NCBI RefSeq assembly: GCF_006345805.1
Contig: NC_043013.1
Coordinates: 50,034,001 to 50,098,000, forward strand
Length of the DNA: 64,000 bases
Reading direction: 5' to 3'
Source: Octopus sinensis
Taxonomy: Eukaryota
In this document: positions 1 to 12,106 of the stretch, piece after piece
How the letters are laid out: every line of letters begins with the position of its first letter
How positions within the stretch are numbered: position 1 is the first letter of the stretch
Program-made: the position numbers and the translations under genes
Notes under the pieces: generated by a model
Seen by the model: only the letters and a program-made list of their open reading frames with translations
Told to the model about the DNA's origin: nothing
The model's database searches: none

Positions 1-380
1 GGACAGTTCGACCAGGGTCTGGGAAGCCAGAAGGCTGCACCAGGCCCAGTCTGATCTGGCAATGTTTCTAAAGCTGGATGCCCTTCCTAACGCCAACCAC
101 TCTGAGAGTGTAGTGGGTGCTTTTTATGTGCCACCTGCACAAGTGCCAGACGAGGCTGGCAAACGGCCACGATCGGATGGTGCTTTTTACGTGCCACCGG
201 CACGGGGGCCAGATGAAACTGTCAATGGCCATGATCGGATGGTGCTTTTTCGTGCCACCGGCACGGAGGCCAGTTGGGGCGGTGCTGGCAACGGCCACGT
301 TCGGACGGTTCTCTTACGTGCCACCGGCACTGGTATCTCAGCTACAATTTTCATTGATGTTGAAAGATTTCGATTTCGAT
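1..380 (-). mobile_element. RTE 3'-UTR repeat (continues outside the window)
   Basis: ctggatgcccttcctaacgccaaccac plus GTGCCACCGGCAC modules. Confidence 0.85.
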
Positions 381-804
381 TCCTCCCCTAAAAATTGCTG
401 GCCTTGTACCAAAATTTGAAACCTATATTAGATACAGCAACATAGTAAACAATAAAACATTCTGAATTTCCTATGCTGCTGCAAAAAGGAAGGCTGTAAA
501 TTTCATCATAGAATCCACAGAGACAGCCACTAGGATGTGACTTTGGATAAAGAGGGCAGGCCATTGTTGCTATAGGGGTGCAAGCAGGGACTTGATCAGT
601 CCTGGCTGCGTCAACTGGGTAAGGGGATCTGATGTTGAAAGACCTGAAACCCACTGAGGACCCAGAAACATCACTAATGATGCAATGCAGAGCATCTGCA
701 AGATATATCTTAAAACTTAAATGCATATTGTTTTTTTTTTGTTTTTTTTAATATTTATTTTAAAATCTCTCAGTCATGAGTTTACTTTTTTCCTTTCTTA
801 ATAG

Positions 805-940
805 TTGGGTTACAAAGATTCTTCTACCCTTAAAGGATGGTGTACAACAGTCCAAATGTCTTGCTGCTAGCTTCAATGACATACACCCATCTTTGCTACT
901 CTTTCTACATCGATTGAAAAAGATCACTTTAAGGAATGAG
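805..940 (+). CDS. NOV-like exon 1 in window ([10 protein letters not shown]...[21 protein letters not shown])
   Basis: Acceptor ttcttaatag at 804, donor gtaagt at 941, ends phase 0; LLFL..L..I motif. Confidence 0.85.
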
Positions 941-3055
941 GTAAGTGCTCAACAACTCTCTTATCACTCATAGAACGAGGTAAATGTTTTGCAATTGCAT
1001 TGTCATTCATAGAATGAGATATTCCACACTTTTAGTGTCGTTTCCCCTTTGCCACTGTTCTGTGAAGTTGAGTAGTAATACTCCAGTCAGTGGTTTGAGT
1101 TATGGAGGCAACACAAAGATTTATTTTCATACTCTCTGTCTAAGACTACCCATTCTTGTGAAGCTATTCTTTCCAAACTGTACTCAAAAGATGACTCTCC
1201 AGTGGAGAATGGAACGGTTTCAATATGCAGTATTCTCACTGTTTCCAATGGTGATACATGATAGGGAGCCAAGAGCACCATCCAAGCGTGATTGTTGCCA
1301 GAGCAGCCAACTGTCTTCTGTACCCGTGGCACGTAAAAGGCACCATTCGAGCGTGATCATTACCATCGCTTCACTGGTACCTGTGCCAGCTCCGTCTGGC
1401 ACCTGTGCGGGTGGCATGTAAAAAGCACCCACTACACTCACGGAGTGGTTGGCGTTAGGAAGGGCATCCAGCCGTAGAAACACTGCCAGATCAGACTAGG
1501 CCTGATGCAGCCTTCTGGCTTCACAGACCCCAGTTGAACCGTCCAACCCATGCTAGCATGGAAAGCGGACGCTAAATGATGATGATGATGATGATGATGA
1601 TGATTCCAAGATATTTAATTTACAATGCACATGATATTAAAACAGAATGCACCTGTCAGCTTTTCAACCAGTAGATTAATGTTAAGTTACTGTTGCAATG
1701 CCATAACATAGAGTAGTACGAGTTGAAAACCAAGAAAGTCTGTTGTTAAAGTGAGTAACTGTAGAGTAAATTTAACTACAAGAGACATAACTAAAGATGT
1801 AGTGATTTTAGAATTAATGGTCAGAACTACCAGAAGTTAGCTCAAGAATAATAGATTATGCGTAGCTTTTCCTTCTTTGGTCACTAAACTTTGCTTGCGA
1901 AGACCTGTTGAGGCAAGTGAAATCAAAATCAAAATCATTTCGATGACTGGCATCCGTGCTAGCGGGGTGCAAAGAGCACCATACGAGTGTGATCGTTGAC
2001 AGAGCAGCTATTTGAGTATGATCATTACCAGCGTCGCCTTACTGGCACTTATGCCTGTGCTAGTAGGGTGCCAAGAACTCCATCCAAGCGTGATCATTGC
2101 CAGAGCAGCCAACTGTCTTCCGCACCCGTGGCACGTAAAAGGGCACCATTCGAGCGTGATCATTACCAACATCGCTTCACTGGTACCTGTGCTGGTGGCA
2201 CGTGTAAAAAGATTCGAGCGAGGTCATTGCCAGTACCCGCCTGACTGGCCTCGTGCAGGTGGCATGTAAAAGCACCCACTACACTCTCGAGGTGGTTGGT
2301 ATTATGAAGGGCATCCAGCTGTAGAAACTCTGCCAGATCAAGACTGGAGCCTGGTGCAGCCATCTGGTTTGCCAGCCCTCAGTCAGAACCGTCCAACCCA
2401 TGCTAGCATGGAAAGCGGACGTTAAACGATGATGATGATGATGATGATGATGACATCTACTTGTGTAAACATTATTGTAAACATTATCGATTTATGAAGA
2501 GAAAATATTGATAGACTGAGTGACCATGTTGATTAGTAAAGAGATAAGAGGTATTAGTATTTAAGGCGGCAAGCTGGCAGAAACGTTAGCACGCCGGGCG
2601 AAATGCTTAGCGGTATTTCGTCTGCATTACGTTGTGAGTTCAAATTCCGCCGAGGTCAACTTTGCCTTTCATCCTTTCGGGGTCGATAAATTAAGTACCA
2701 GTTACGAACTGGGGTCGATGTAATCGACTTAATACCTATGTCTGTCCTTGTTTGTTCCCTCTGTGTTTTGCCCCTTGTGCGTAGTAAAGAGATAAGAGGT
2801 ATTGGTATTTCCCAGTAACAAATTGGAAGTCTTCGACTCTGGAATTCGAATCTTAATCAGGAAAAGAAAAGAAATATTAAAGTTGAGTTTCTATTTCAGA
2901 TTCAAGGCACAGAAACGGTGATGCAACGTTATGATCAAGAACATGATATTGTTGAAATAACTCACAATGGAGTTGTTGACCGTTGGTTTGTTATTAAGAA
3001 ACTGCTGGACGCTACCAAAGTTTCTGCGCAGGTATGAAATTCTTTTACACACTTA

Positions 3056-3133
<78 letters not shown>

Positions 3134-6100
3134 AGTGTGTGTGTGTGTGTGTGATTGTAATGAAGGAGATGGCAAAGAACTGGGATGCCTAGCGATACAA
3201 GGATCTTGAGAAGACACGCCCATCATGGTGAAACTGACTTCTGGAAATACTATTGGTGTACATATGAGATAGGTGCACAAATTAATACCTTGCCTAATCC
3301 CCCCCCCATCTCCCCACTTATCTCCCACTGCTGCTACCATTCTGTCCCCTCCTGATACCACAATCTTATTCATTTATATTGTTTTCTAACCCACATCACA
3401 TTCATTTAGAGGAGGCGCAATGGCCCAGTGGTTAGGGCAGCGGACTCGCGATCATAGGATCGTGGTTTCGATTCCCAGACCGGGCATTGTGAGTGTTTAT
3501 TGAGCGAAAACACCTAAAGCTCCACGAGGCTCTGGCAGGGGGTGGTGACGAACCCTGCTGTACTCTTTCACCACAACTTTCTCTCACTCTTACTTCCTGT
3601 TTCTGTTGTACCTGTATTTCAAAGGGCCGGCCTTGTCACTCTCTGTGTCACGCTGAATATCCCCGAGAACTACATTAAGGGTGCATGTGTCTGTGGAGTG
3701 CTCAGCGACTTACACATTAATTTCACGAGCAGGCTGTTCCGTTGATTCGGATCAACCGGAACCCTCGTCGTCGTAACCGACGGAGTGCTTCCATCCATCA
3801 CATTCATTTCCATTCCTGCATTGTACTAACAAATTTTAACCTCATGCATTACAACTGACTCTCTCCCTGTCTCCCTCTCTCCTGTAACCTATCCCAATAC
3901 CCCATCTCACTCTTGTCCCTACCATGTCGACTTTATCATCCTGTTACTGGTCTCTCCTTGCATCCCTCTATCTCTTAAATTCAGTTCAAAGCATTGGCAA
4001 TCCCCACCATCTACCATTCATCCCTGCCCAATCCTTATAGACGTTGCCTGCTTCTTCTTCTCTCCTATTTTGCCTATTTCTTCTCACCAAACCACTTTCA
4101 GTTTTCCTTATTTCTTTACTACCCACAAGGGGCTAAACATAGAGGGAACAAACAAGGACAGACAAAGGGATTAAGTCGATTATACCGACCCCAGTGCGTA
4201 ACTGGTACTTAATTTATCGACCCCGAAAGGATGAAAGGTAAAGTCGACCTCGGCGAAATTTGAACTCAGAACGTAGCAACGGCAGACGAAATACCGCTAA
4301 GCATTTCGCCCGGCGTGCTAACCACTCTGCCAGCTCACCGCCTTTCAGTTTTCCTGTTCACCTCATACCTAAAGATGCTGCGTGGACATGTATCACCACC
4401 ATTTGTCTCATTGCAGCTACTTCTTACTCATTTCTAACTCTCTCCTAAATGTGAGTAGCCCTGTGGCTCCCCTACAACACGAACTAGCAATATCTGACTC
4501 ACTTCTTTCATACCTTATTGTCTTGAGTCTTATGTTCTAAGTTCAAATAATACTTGATTCAACCACATCTTCTATAATAAGAATAAGTAATATATGAAGT
4601 CAATCGAAATAGCTATATTTCATCCTCTACCAAAATATTCAAAAGAAATTCAGAAATGAATTGTCACCAGTGATAGAAACCCTTTATAGATGTTTTACAG
4701 CATTCAGTATGTCATCTCTTTGTTTGGTTTCAAATTCCTCTGAGACATTCTGTTTACTATATCCTCCTTTAAGAGTCACAAAATGTAATGAACCCCAGAG
4801 ACGAATTACACTCAGTGAACCAGGTCTGCAAGATGATTCTGACTCCTTATACTTCTCAAGTGCTTCTATTTCTCATGTTTAAAATATGCTTATTTTTTTC
4901 TGGTCAGGTGAAATCGGATATTGATGTGGAATCAACAGAGATTGCCTTAGCTTTCCCAATGAAGTTAAACAAGTCCTTCAATGCTCAGGTTTGTATGCTC
5001 CTATATAATCAAATAGACTAGTAATCATTGACTATAAAGCACTGCTTTGTAATTTGTAGGATATGTCCAATATTTGCATGGATATATATGTATATAGATA
5101 TGTATAAATACTTTATTTAAAAGCAGCAGAAATTCAACAAAACCTGTTACTCGGAGTTTCACATTCCCGTTCGTCAGACAGTTTTTATTTTAACAAAACT
5201 GTCCGACGAATGGGAACGTGAAACTCTGAGTAACAGGTTTTGTTGAATTTCTGCTACTTTTAAATAAAGCATATTACTCTACCCCTGGTATTTGAGTACT
5301 CTTTTTTCCACCTTGTTTCACATTTATGTGTTTACTTCGGTATATATGTATATGTATCAAAACTCACACACATGTACACATAAGTTGGCCTATTCTGATC
5401 AAGTTGACAACATATCTTTCAATGAGCTGAAGTTTTAAAGATTCATATCTTGTTACTTGCATTGTGCTATAAACACACTTAACACTCAGTACTGCATTCC
5501 ATCTGGCTGTAAACAGGTGCAATGCGATTGTGTAACTTGTCATCATTTTACGTAGTAGCAAACCTGCAGAACTGGTGAAAGATATTTCGCACAACATGAA
5601 GTACCAATTTTACTTAATAATTCAGTGTTTCAATTAAAATAGGATTACCATACAAATGTGAAAATCTGGCTTATGCAACTTCGTCATCATCATCATCGTT
5701 TAACGTCCGCTTTCCTTGCTAGCATGGGTTGGACGATTTGACTGAGGACTGCGAGCCAGATGGCTGTACCAGGCTCCAATCTGATCTGGCAGAGTTTCTA
5801 CAGCTGGTTGCCCTTCCTAATGCCAACCACTCCATGAGTGTAGTGGATGCTTTTTACGTACCACCGGCACAGGGGCCAGTCAGGTGGTACTGGCAATGAC
5901 CATGCTCAAATGCCACCGGCACAGGAGCCAGTCCAGGGGCACTGGCAACAACCTTGCTTGAATATTTTTTTCACATGCCACTAAGTGCATCCCTATATTA
6001 GTTAATTTTATCAGCTTCAAATGCATTACCTTCCACTTCGTTTCTCATTACCCTAATTACCTCTACAATCTCAAATCTTTTAATTCTTATAATTTGGTAT

Positions 6101-9100
6101 ATTCTTTCACTCTGATTCTGTCAAATATTTTCAACTTTCAGGTACTCCCAGAAAAACAACCTGTTTTTGCCTTTCTACCTCTGCGCTCATATGGTTTGCG
6201 CTTCATCATTCAAGGTAAATACTTGGGCAGCAGTGTCTTCCATTAAAATTTCAAAAATTTGCCTAGTTTTACTTGTTCATATGTGCACATGAATTATACC
6301 ATCATCATCATCATCGTTTAACGTCCGCTTTCCATGCTAGCATGGGTTGGACGGTTTTGACGAGGGCTGGCAAACCAGATGGCTGCGCCAGGCTCCAGTC
6401 TTGATCTGGCAGAGTTTCTACAGCTGATGCCCTTCCTAACGCCAAGCACTCCAAGAGTGTAGTGGGTGCTTTTTACGTGCCACCGGCATGGGGGCCAGTC
6501 AGGCGGTACTGGCAATGATCTCGCTCAAATCTTTTTACACGTGCCACGGGTATGGAAGCCAGTTGGCTGCTCTGGCAACGATCATGCTCGGATGGTGTTC
6601 TTGGCACCCTACTAGCACAGGCATAAGTGCCAGTAAGGCGACGCTGGTAACGATCATACTCAAATAGCCGCTCTGTCAACGATCACACTCGTATGGTGCT
6701 CTTTGCACCCCGCTAGCACAGATGCCAGTCATTGAAATGATTTTGATTTTGATTTCACTTGCCTCAACAGGTCTTCGCAAGCAAAGCTTAGTGACCAAAG
6801 AAGGAAAAGGTACGCATAAGTGGGCTGGTTATGCACCTGGCATAGGCCACGGGTTATGGTCTCATCTGGCTTGCCGGGTCTTCTAGAGCACAGCATATTT
6901 CCAAAAGTCTCGGTCACTAGTCATTTCCTTGATGAGGCCTAATGTTCGAAATATTTCCATATTTTTTTCTCCTTAAGTTTGGTTCATGTGGCATTTATCA
7001 GTGGAATCATTTATTAGTATGTCATCAGTGTGTTATAGTTAAGCTGAAACTATCATAACACATGATCTGATACAACTTTATTTTGGTCAGTTCCACAATC
7101 CTATCATGGTAACTATATATTGTATATTTAACACTAGCACTATGACCCAGCGTTGCTGGGTCATAGTGCTAGTGCATGCATATATATATTTCTTTACTAC
7201 CCACAAGGAGCTAAACACAGAGGGGACAAACAAGGACAAACAAACGAATTAAGTCGATTACATCGACCCCAGTGCGTAACTGGTACTTAATTTATCGACC
7301 CCGAAAGGATGAAAGGCAAAGTCAACCTCGGCGGAATTTGAACTCGGAACGTAACGACAGATGAAATACGGCTATGCATTTTGCCCGGCGCGCTAACGTT
7401 TCTGCCAGCTCGCCGCCTATAAGTGCATGCATATATAGCTGCATGCGTGCGCACATACACGCGGGTACTGTCCAAATCTCCAACCAATCACATACAGCTA
7501 GCTAGCATTCAATTGGCGTATCAAGTTTCGGGCATTTTGATTGGGTTTTGGATAGAAAATTTACAAAAAAATCACTTCTATTGATTTTTTAATGACTTTG
7601 CGGGGTGACTGGAGAAATGTAAAGATGTGCACGACCACCCTTGGACGGATTTGAATGACCATAGAAAGTGCGAGCTCTCTAACTGAAAAATTGTGGATTT
7701 GTATAAAGGACACACGCACAGACATTTTGCCGTTTATATATATAGAGATGATCGACCTCCCAATGTTTAGCTATAACAATATCATCTTTGTTTTGGGAAT
7801 ACTCTCAGGATTTGACATTAAAATGGTCAGTTAAAACTGAAAATCTTTAGCAATTGCTTTAGAGATTTGACTGCTGGCTCATCATGCTTTTCAGTTAGTC
7901 TTCATCATTTAGTATCAATTTTATTTAATGCTGGCATGTTTGGAATAGTTCAGTGGAATCTAACATTCCCATAATTTATCAAATCCCTTCCTTTCTATGC
8001 TTCTTCTGCCTGCATCCATCTACTGTCAGCATTTCTTGACACTGTTGTCATCGTTTTCCATTGGATGGAAGCACTCCGTCGGTTATGACGACGAGGGTTC
8101 CGGTTGATCCGAATCAACGGAACAGCCTGCTCGTGAAATTAACGTGCAAGTGGCTGAGCATTCCACAGTCACGTGTACCCTTAACGTAGTTCTCGAGGAT
8201 ATTCAGCGTGACACAGAGAGTGACAAGGCTGGCCCTTTGAAATGCAGGTACAACAGAAACAGGAAGTAAGAGTGAGAGAAAGTTGTGGTGAAAGAGTACA
8301 GCAGGGATCACCACCATCCCTGCTGGAGCCTTGTGGGGCTTTTATGTGTTTTCGCTCAATAAACACTCACAACGCCCGGTCTGGGAATCGAAACCGCGAG
8401 TCCGCTGCCCTAACCACTGGGCCATTGCGCCTCCACATTATCGTTTTCCATTATGCATCCAGACTAGTACTTATATTGTCTTCCATCTTTGTTTTTATTT
8501 CTGACCATTAATTCCAGCACTAATTACCTAATCTGTTTTGCAGAATTCACTACTACTTTTAGTTAACAATCTGAACTGAATCTACTTTTCAAGTAACAAA
8601 TGTTGCCATTTCAGCTACAACTTCTACATCATACATAGCACTGGTTTCTTACTGTTGTCTCTTAAAATAAATATCAAGAAAATAACTTTTTCAAGATGTA
8701 CTTGCATAGCGAGTGACTTGATCTGAGATCGTGTGCTGGAACGAAAACAATTGCAGCATGAAAGGTGTTTATAAGCCATTTAACCCTTTCGTTACCAAAC
8801 CGCCCAAAGCCGCCCGAAAAAAAGTTTGGTTAATGTGACCAAACCGCCCAAACCCGCCCGTATTTACCTATTCATATTTAAATGAGAATATCAGAGCAAA
8901 TCTCTTTAGTACATTTGTGAAAACACGTATTATACTTCGTAAACAGTTCAACTACAGTTTTGTACAACAATCAAAGTGTAATTTTAATTCCGTGAATTTT
9001 GGGAGATTTTTTTCCGAAATTTGTTCCTATTGTGTTTTCAAAATTTGTAATTCTGACAAAAAATGGATACGAATTTCATTATATCAAGCAGCGAGTCAGA

Positions 9101-12052
9101 ATTCGAAGGATTTTCTACTGAAGAACTTCATAAATCTAACTCTATGACTGAAAAAAAAAAGCACTTGCTATTTGATAATGAATCTGATGTTTCATTTTCC
9201 GAAAGTGAAAACAGTGAATCCGAGAGCTCCGACAGCGATAAAGAAAATGAATTGGCACCTGAATGGAGTGAAAATTTAAAAACTGTTTCTTTCGGTGATT
9301 TTTCTGAAGAAACTGGACCAAGCCACAGACTTTCCCAGGATAGTAAAGCCTTAGACTATTTCTTTTTACTTTTTCGAATGAGCCTATTTGAAATCATTAC
9401 GGTGGAAACGAACCGTTACGCTAAATGTAAACAAAGCGAAAGAAAGGATAGTTAGTGGTTTCCCACAACCTTAAATGAAATTAAGACTATTTTGCCATAA
9501 ATATTATTATGGGTATCAGAAAGTTACCCAGAATAACAAATTCTATCGTAAAATTTTGTTGTATACCCAATTAAATATTAGCTAATAACCCATTTTCTAT
9601 AGCGATGTTTGAACAAAATTTTAATAATTTTATATTTTGTTGAATTTACCTGTATCTACATGCAATTAGAGTCACTTTGTGACAAAAATTATAGTATAGA
9701 ATTAGTTGAGAACATTTCATTAAATTATCTTCCAAAAATCAGATTAATATATTGATAAATAAAAAAGTTATAGTTGTTTAATGAAACCAGACTAAATTTA
9801 TGATTACGTTAGAAATTAATTGAAACACATAAGGGGTGTATTTTGGTCAGAAATATAGTAACGAAAGGGTTAAGAAACACACGAAACTGTTAAATTCACT
9901 TCAACATTTAAATTTGATTTGTCAAAATATCTTCTTCACTCTCAGACCGCGACCTGTTCACTGACAAAGTACAAGGCAGCACGAAGTTTTGTCAGTGAAC
10001 AGGTCGCGGTCTGAAAAACGAAGAAAATATTTTGACAAATTAAATTTAAATGTTGAAGTGAATCTAACAGTTTTTGTGTGTTTCTTAAATGGCTTATAAA
10101 CACCTTCCACGCTGCAACTTTTTCAAGTGTTATTAGATTTTTAGCCTGTGTTACCAGTAGTCTTGCAATATTAATCTGTAGGTATTTTATTTCACTTTTC
10201 CAACTTTTGAACTTTCCTACAGTTCTTCGGTACATTCCACAAGCCCCAATTCTCAAACAGCCACAAATTGTTCAAAAACAATGTCATGGTCAGTCCCAAT
10301 TGTATTAAAAATGTCTGCAGCACAACAGTGAGTGAAGTTTGAGAAACCAGATCAAACTATCTGAAGGAATCCACTCTCGTTGGCAGAAGATACCCAATGG
10401 AAGCAGTCGTCCAGAAAGTGAAGGCAACATCTCAGGAAGGTGGCAGGAGATCAGAACCTCACACATTGGTATGAGGAAAGGCAGTTTGAGAAGCCACCTT
10501 CCTCACTGCAAGAAAGAAAAGGTGGTCCTGCGTAGCATCTGAAAGATCAATAACTATGCACCACGGGCAACACTATTCACTGCACTCCTCTACAAGATGG
10601 TCAGATGTGGATTGAGGGAGACTTAACCACCATCTCCAGTAGTTTGAACAGTGATACAGAGACTTCCAAAGACACAGTCAAATAATGTATGCAAACCAAA
10701 TTACTTGCTTCCCACTCCCAAAATGGTTAGCCTTGACATGCCAACTGTATCTGAGGACCACATCAAGGCTACAGGCACTGACCATATACACTGCAACTCA
10801 GTGAACAGGTAGAGCAATGAATTGGCAACTGGGAAGCAAGCTAACCAGAAAGACCCCTCATGAATGTGCAACCTATCAGAAATAGTGGTCAAACTCTCAC
10901 CAAACTGCACCCTACCTATTTCTTTACTACCCACAAGGGGCTAAACACAGAGGGGACAAACAAGGATAGACAAATGGATTAAGTCGATTACATCGACCCC
11001 AGTGCGTAACTGGTACTTAATTTTTCGACCCCGAAAGGATGAAAGGCAAAGTCGACCTCGGCGGAATTTGAACTCAGAACGTAGCGATGGGCGAAATACC
11101 GCTAAGCATTTTGCCCGGCGTGCTAACGATTCTGCCAGCTCGCCGGCATCCTACAAAAGGAAAGATACACCAATGATATCTTGGGCACACTATATTTGGA
11201 AAAAAAGACATGGTCAAAGGTGGGATGCCTCAAATTATAGTTGCACTCAAACTCAATCAGTGCTAAACAACATCAACTGGGACACTCCCTGTCAAAACAG
11301 ATGGAAGGGTCATCTATTATTCTTCATACAAAAATAGACCGTGTTCAAACTCTCATATTCAAATCAAAACCCTCCTTCACTTTTTTATGTTAAAATGCTC
11401 AGCAAGTTCACATCATATCACTGCAGCTTCTTCACTCATTGGGCAACTAGAGACGATGAGAGTACCTTGAGGAGAAATCTACACTACACTCCTTCCAAAG
11501 CTGAATTCAGCATGAATGACATTAGTAATTCACTAAAGAAGGGCTCCACAACAAACAACCTGGGTGAACTTACTATAACAATCTTCAAGCCACTGCTATC
11601 ATCACCACTATGTTGCATACTGATTGGCTGAATTTTGTGAAATTTTACTCTTTCACAAAATTGATCAAATGGCTCACAGCAAACCATCTTCATGGATAAC
11701 CTTCTAAAAACAATCTATCCTGTGTTTAGGGTTATATATATATATATATTATATATATATATATATATAAATTAAATTAGAGATAAAACCACTATTAGGC
11801 AACTCCCTAATATTATTATAATAATTGTATATATATATATATATATATATATTCAAAATGTGACCGCGTGTGTACCGTTGGCGATTGTTTTTCCTCCGTC
11901 TTCCCTTCTTTGGATCTTTCTTTTTCCTATGTTTCTGATGAAGAGCTCTGCTTGAAACGTTAAACCCTTCTTCTTTCCTGAGTGTCCAGTAATACTATAC
12001 TTGTTTCAACCCCTCGCGTTGTTGTTTTATCTTTGTGTTTTCATGTTTGGAT

Positions 12053-12106
<54 letters not shown>

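Larger units (their letters stand above)
5105..5341. mobile_element. Penelope-like (PLE) terminal-repeat remnant forming a ~75-bp-arm inverted repeat
   Basis: Arms 5111-5185 and 5195-5269 are reverse complements with few mismatches; each holds a hammerhead motif; flanked by TA/TATG repeats. Confidence 0.65.
8751..10117. mobile_element. Foldback/MITE-like palindromic element interrupted by the piggyBac
   Basis: Left arm 8751-8783 plus 9874-9968 is the reverse complement of right arm 9988-10117; 19-nt loop. Confidence 0.8.

Noticed and set aside
110-335. CRISPR-like look of recurring GTGCCACCGGCAC hairpins with variable spacers
   Set aside because: The spacers are homologous to each other, the array is part of an RTE 3' UTR, there are no cas genes, and the context is eukaryotic.
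62-419. ORFs within RTE UTR and SINE copies (many 60-150 aa calls)
   Set aside because: They recur in several frames and strands of repeats and have no splice or domain support.
3411-3480. tRNA genes at S1/S2/S3 heads
   Set aside because: They have A/B boxes but no complete cloverleaf; they continue into SINE bodies with TSDs.
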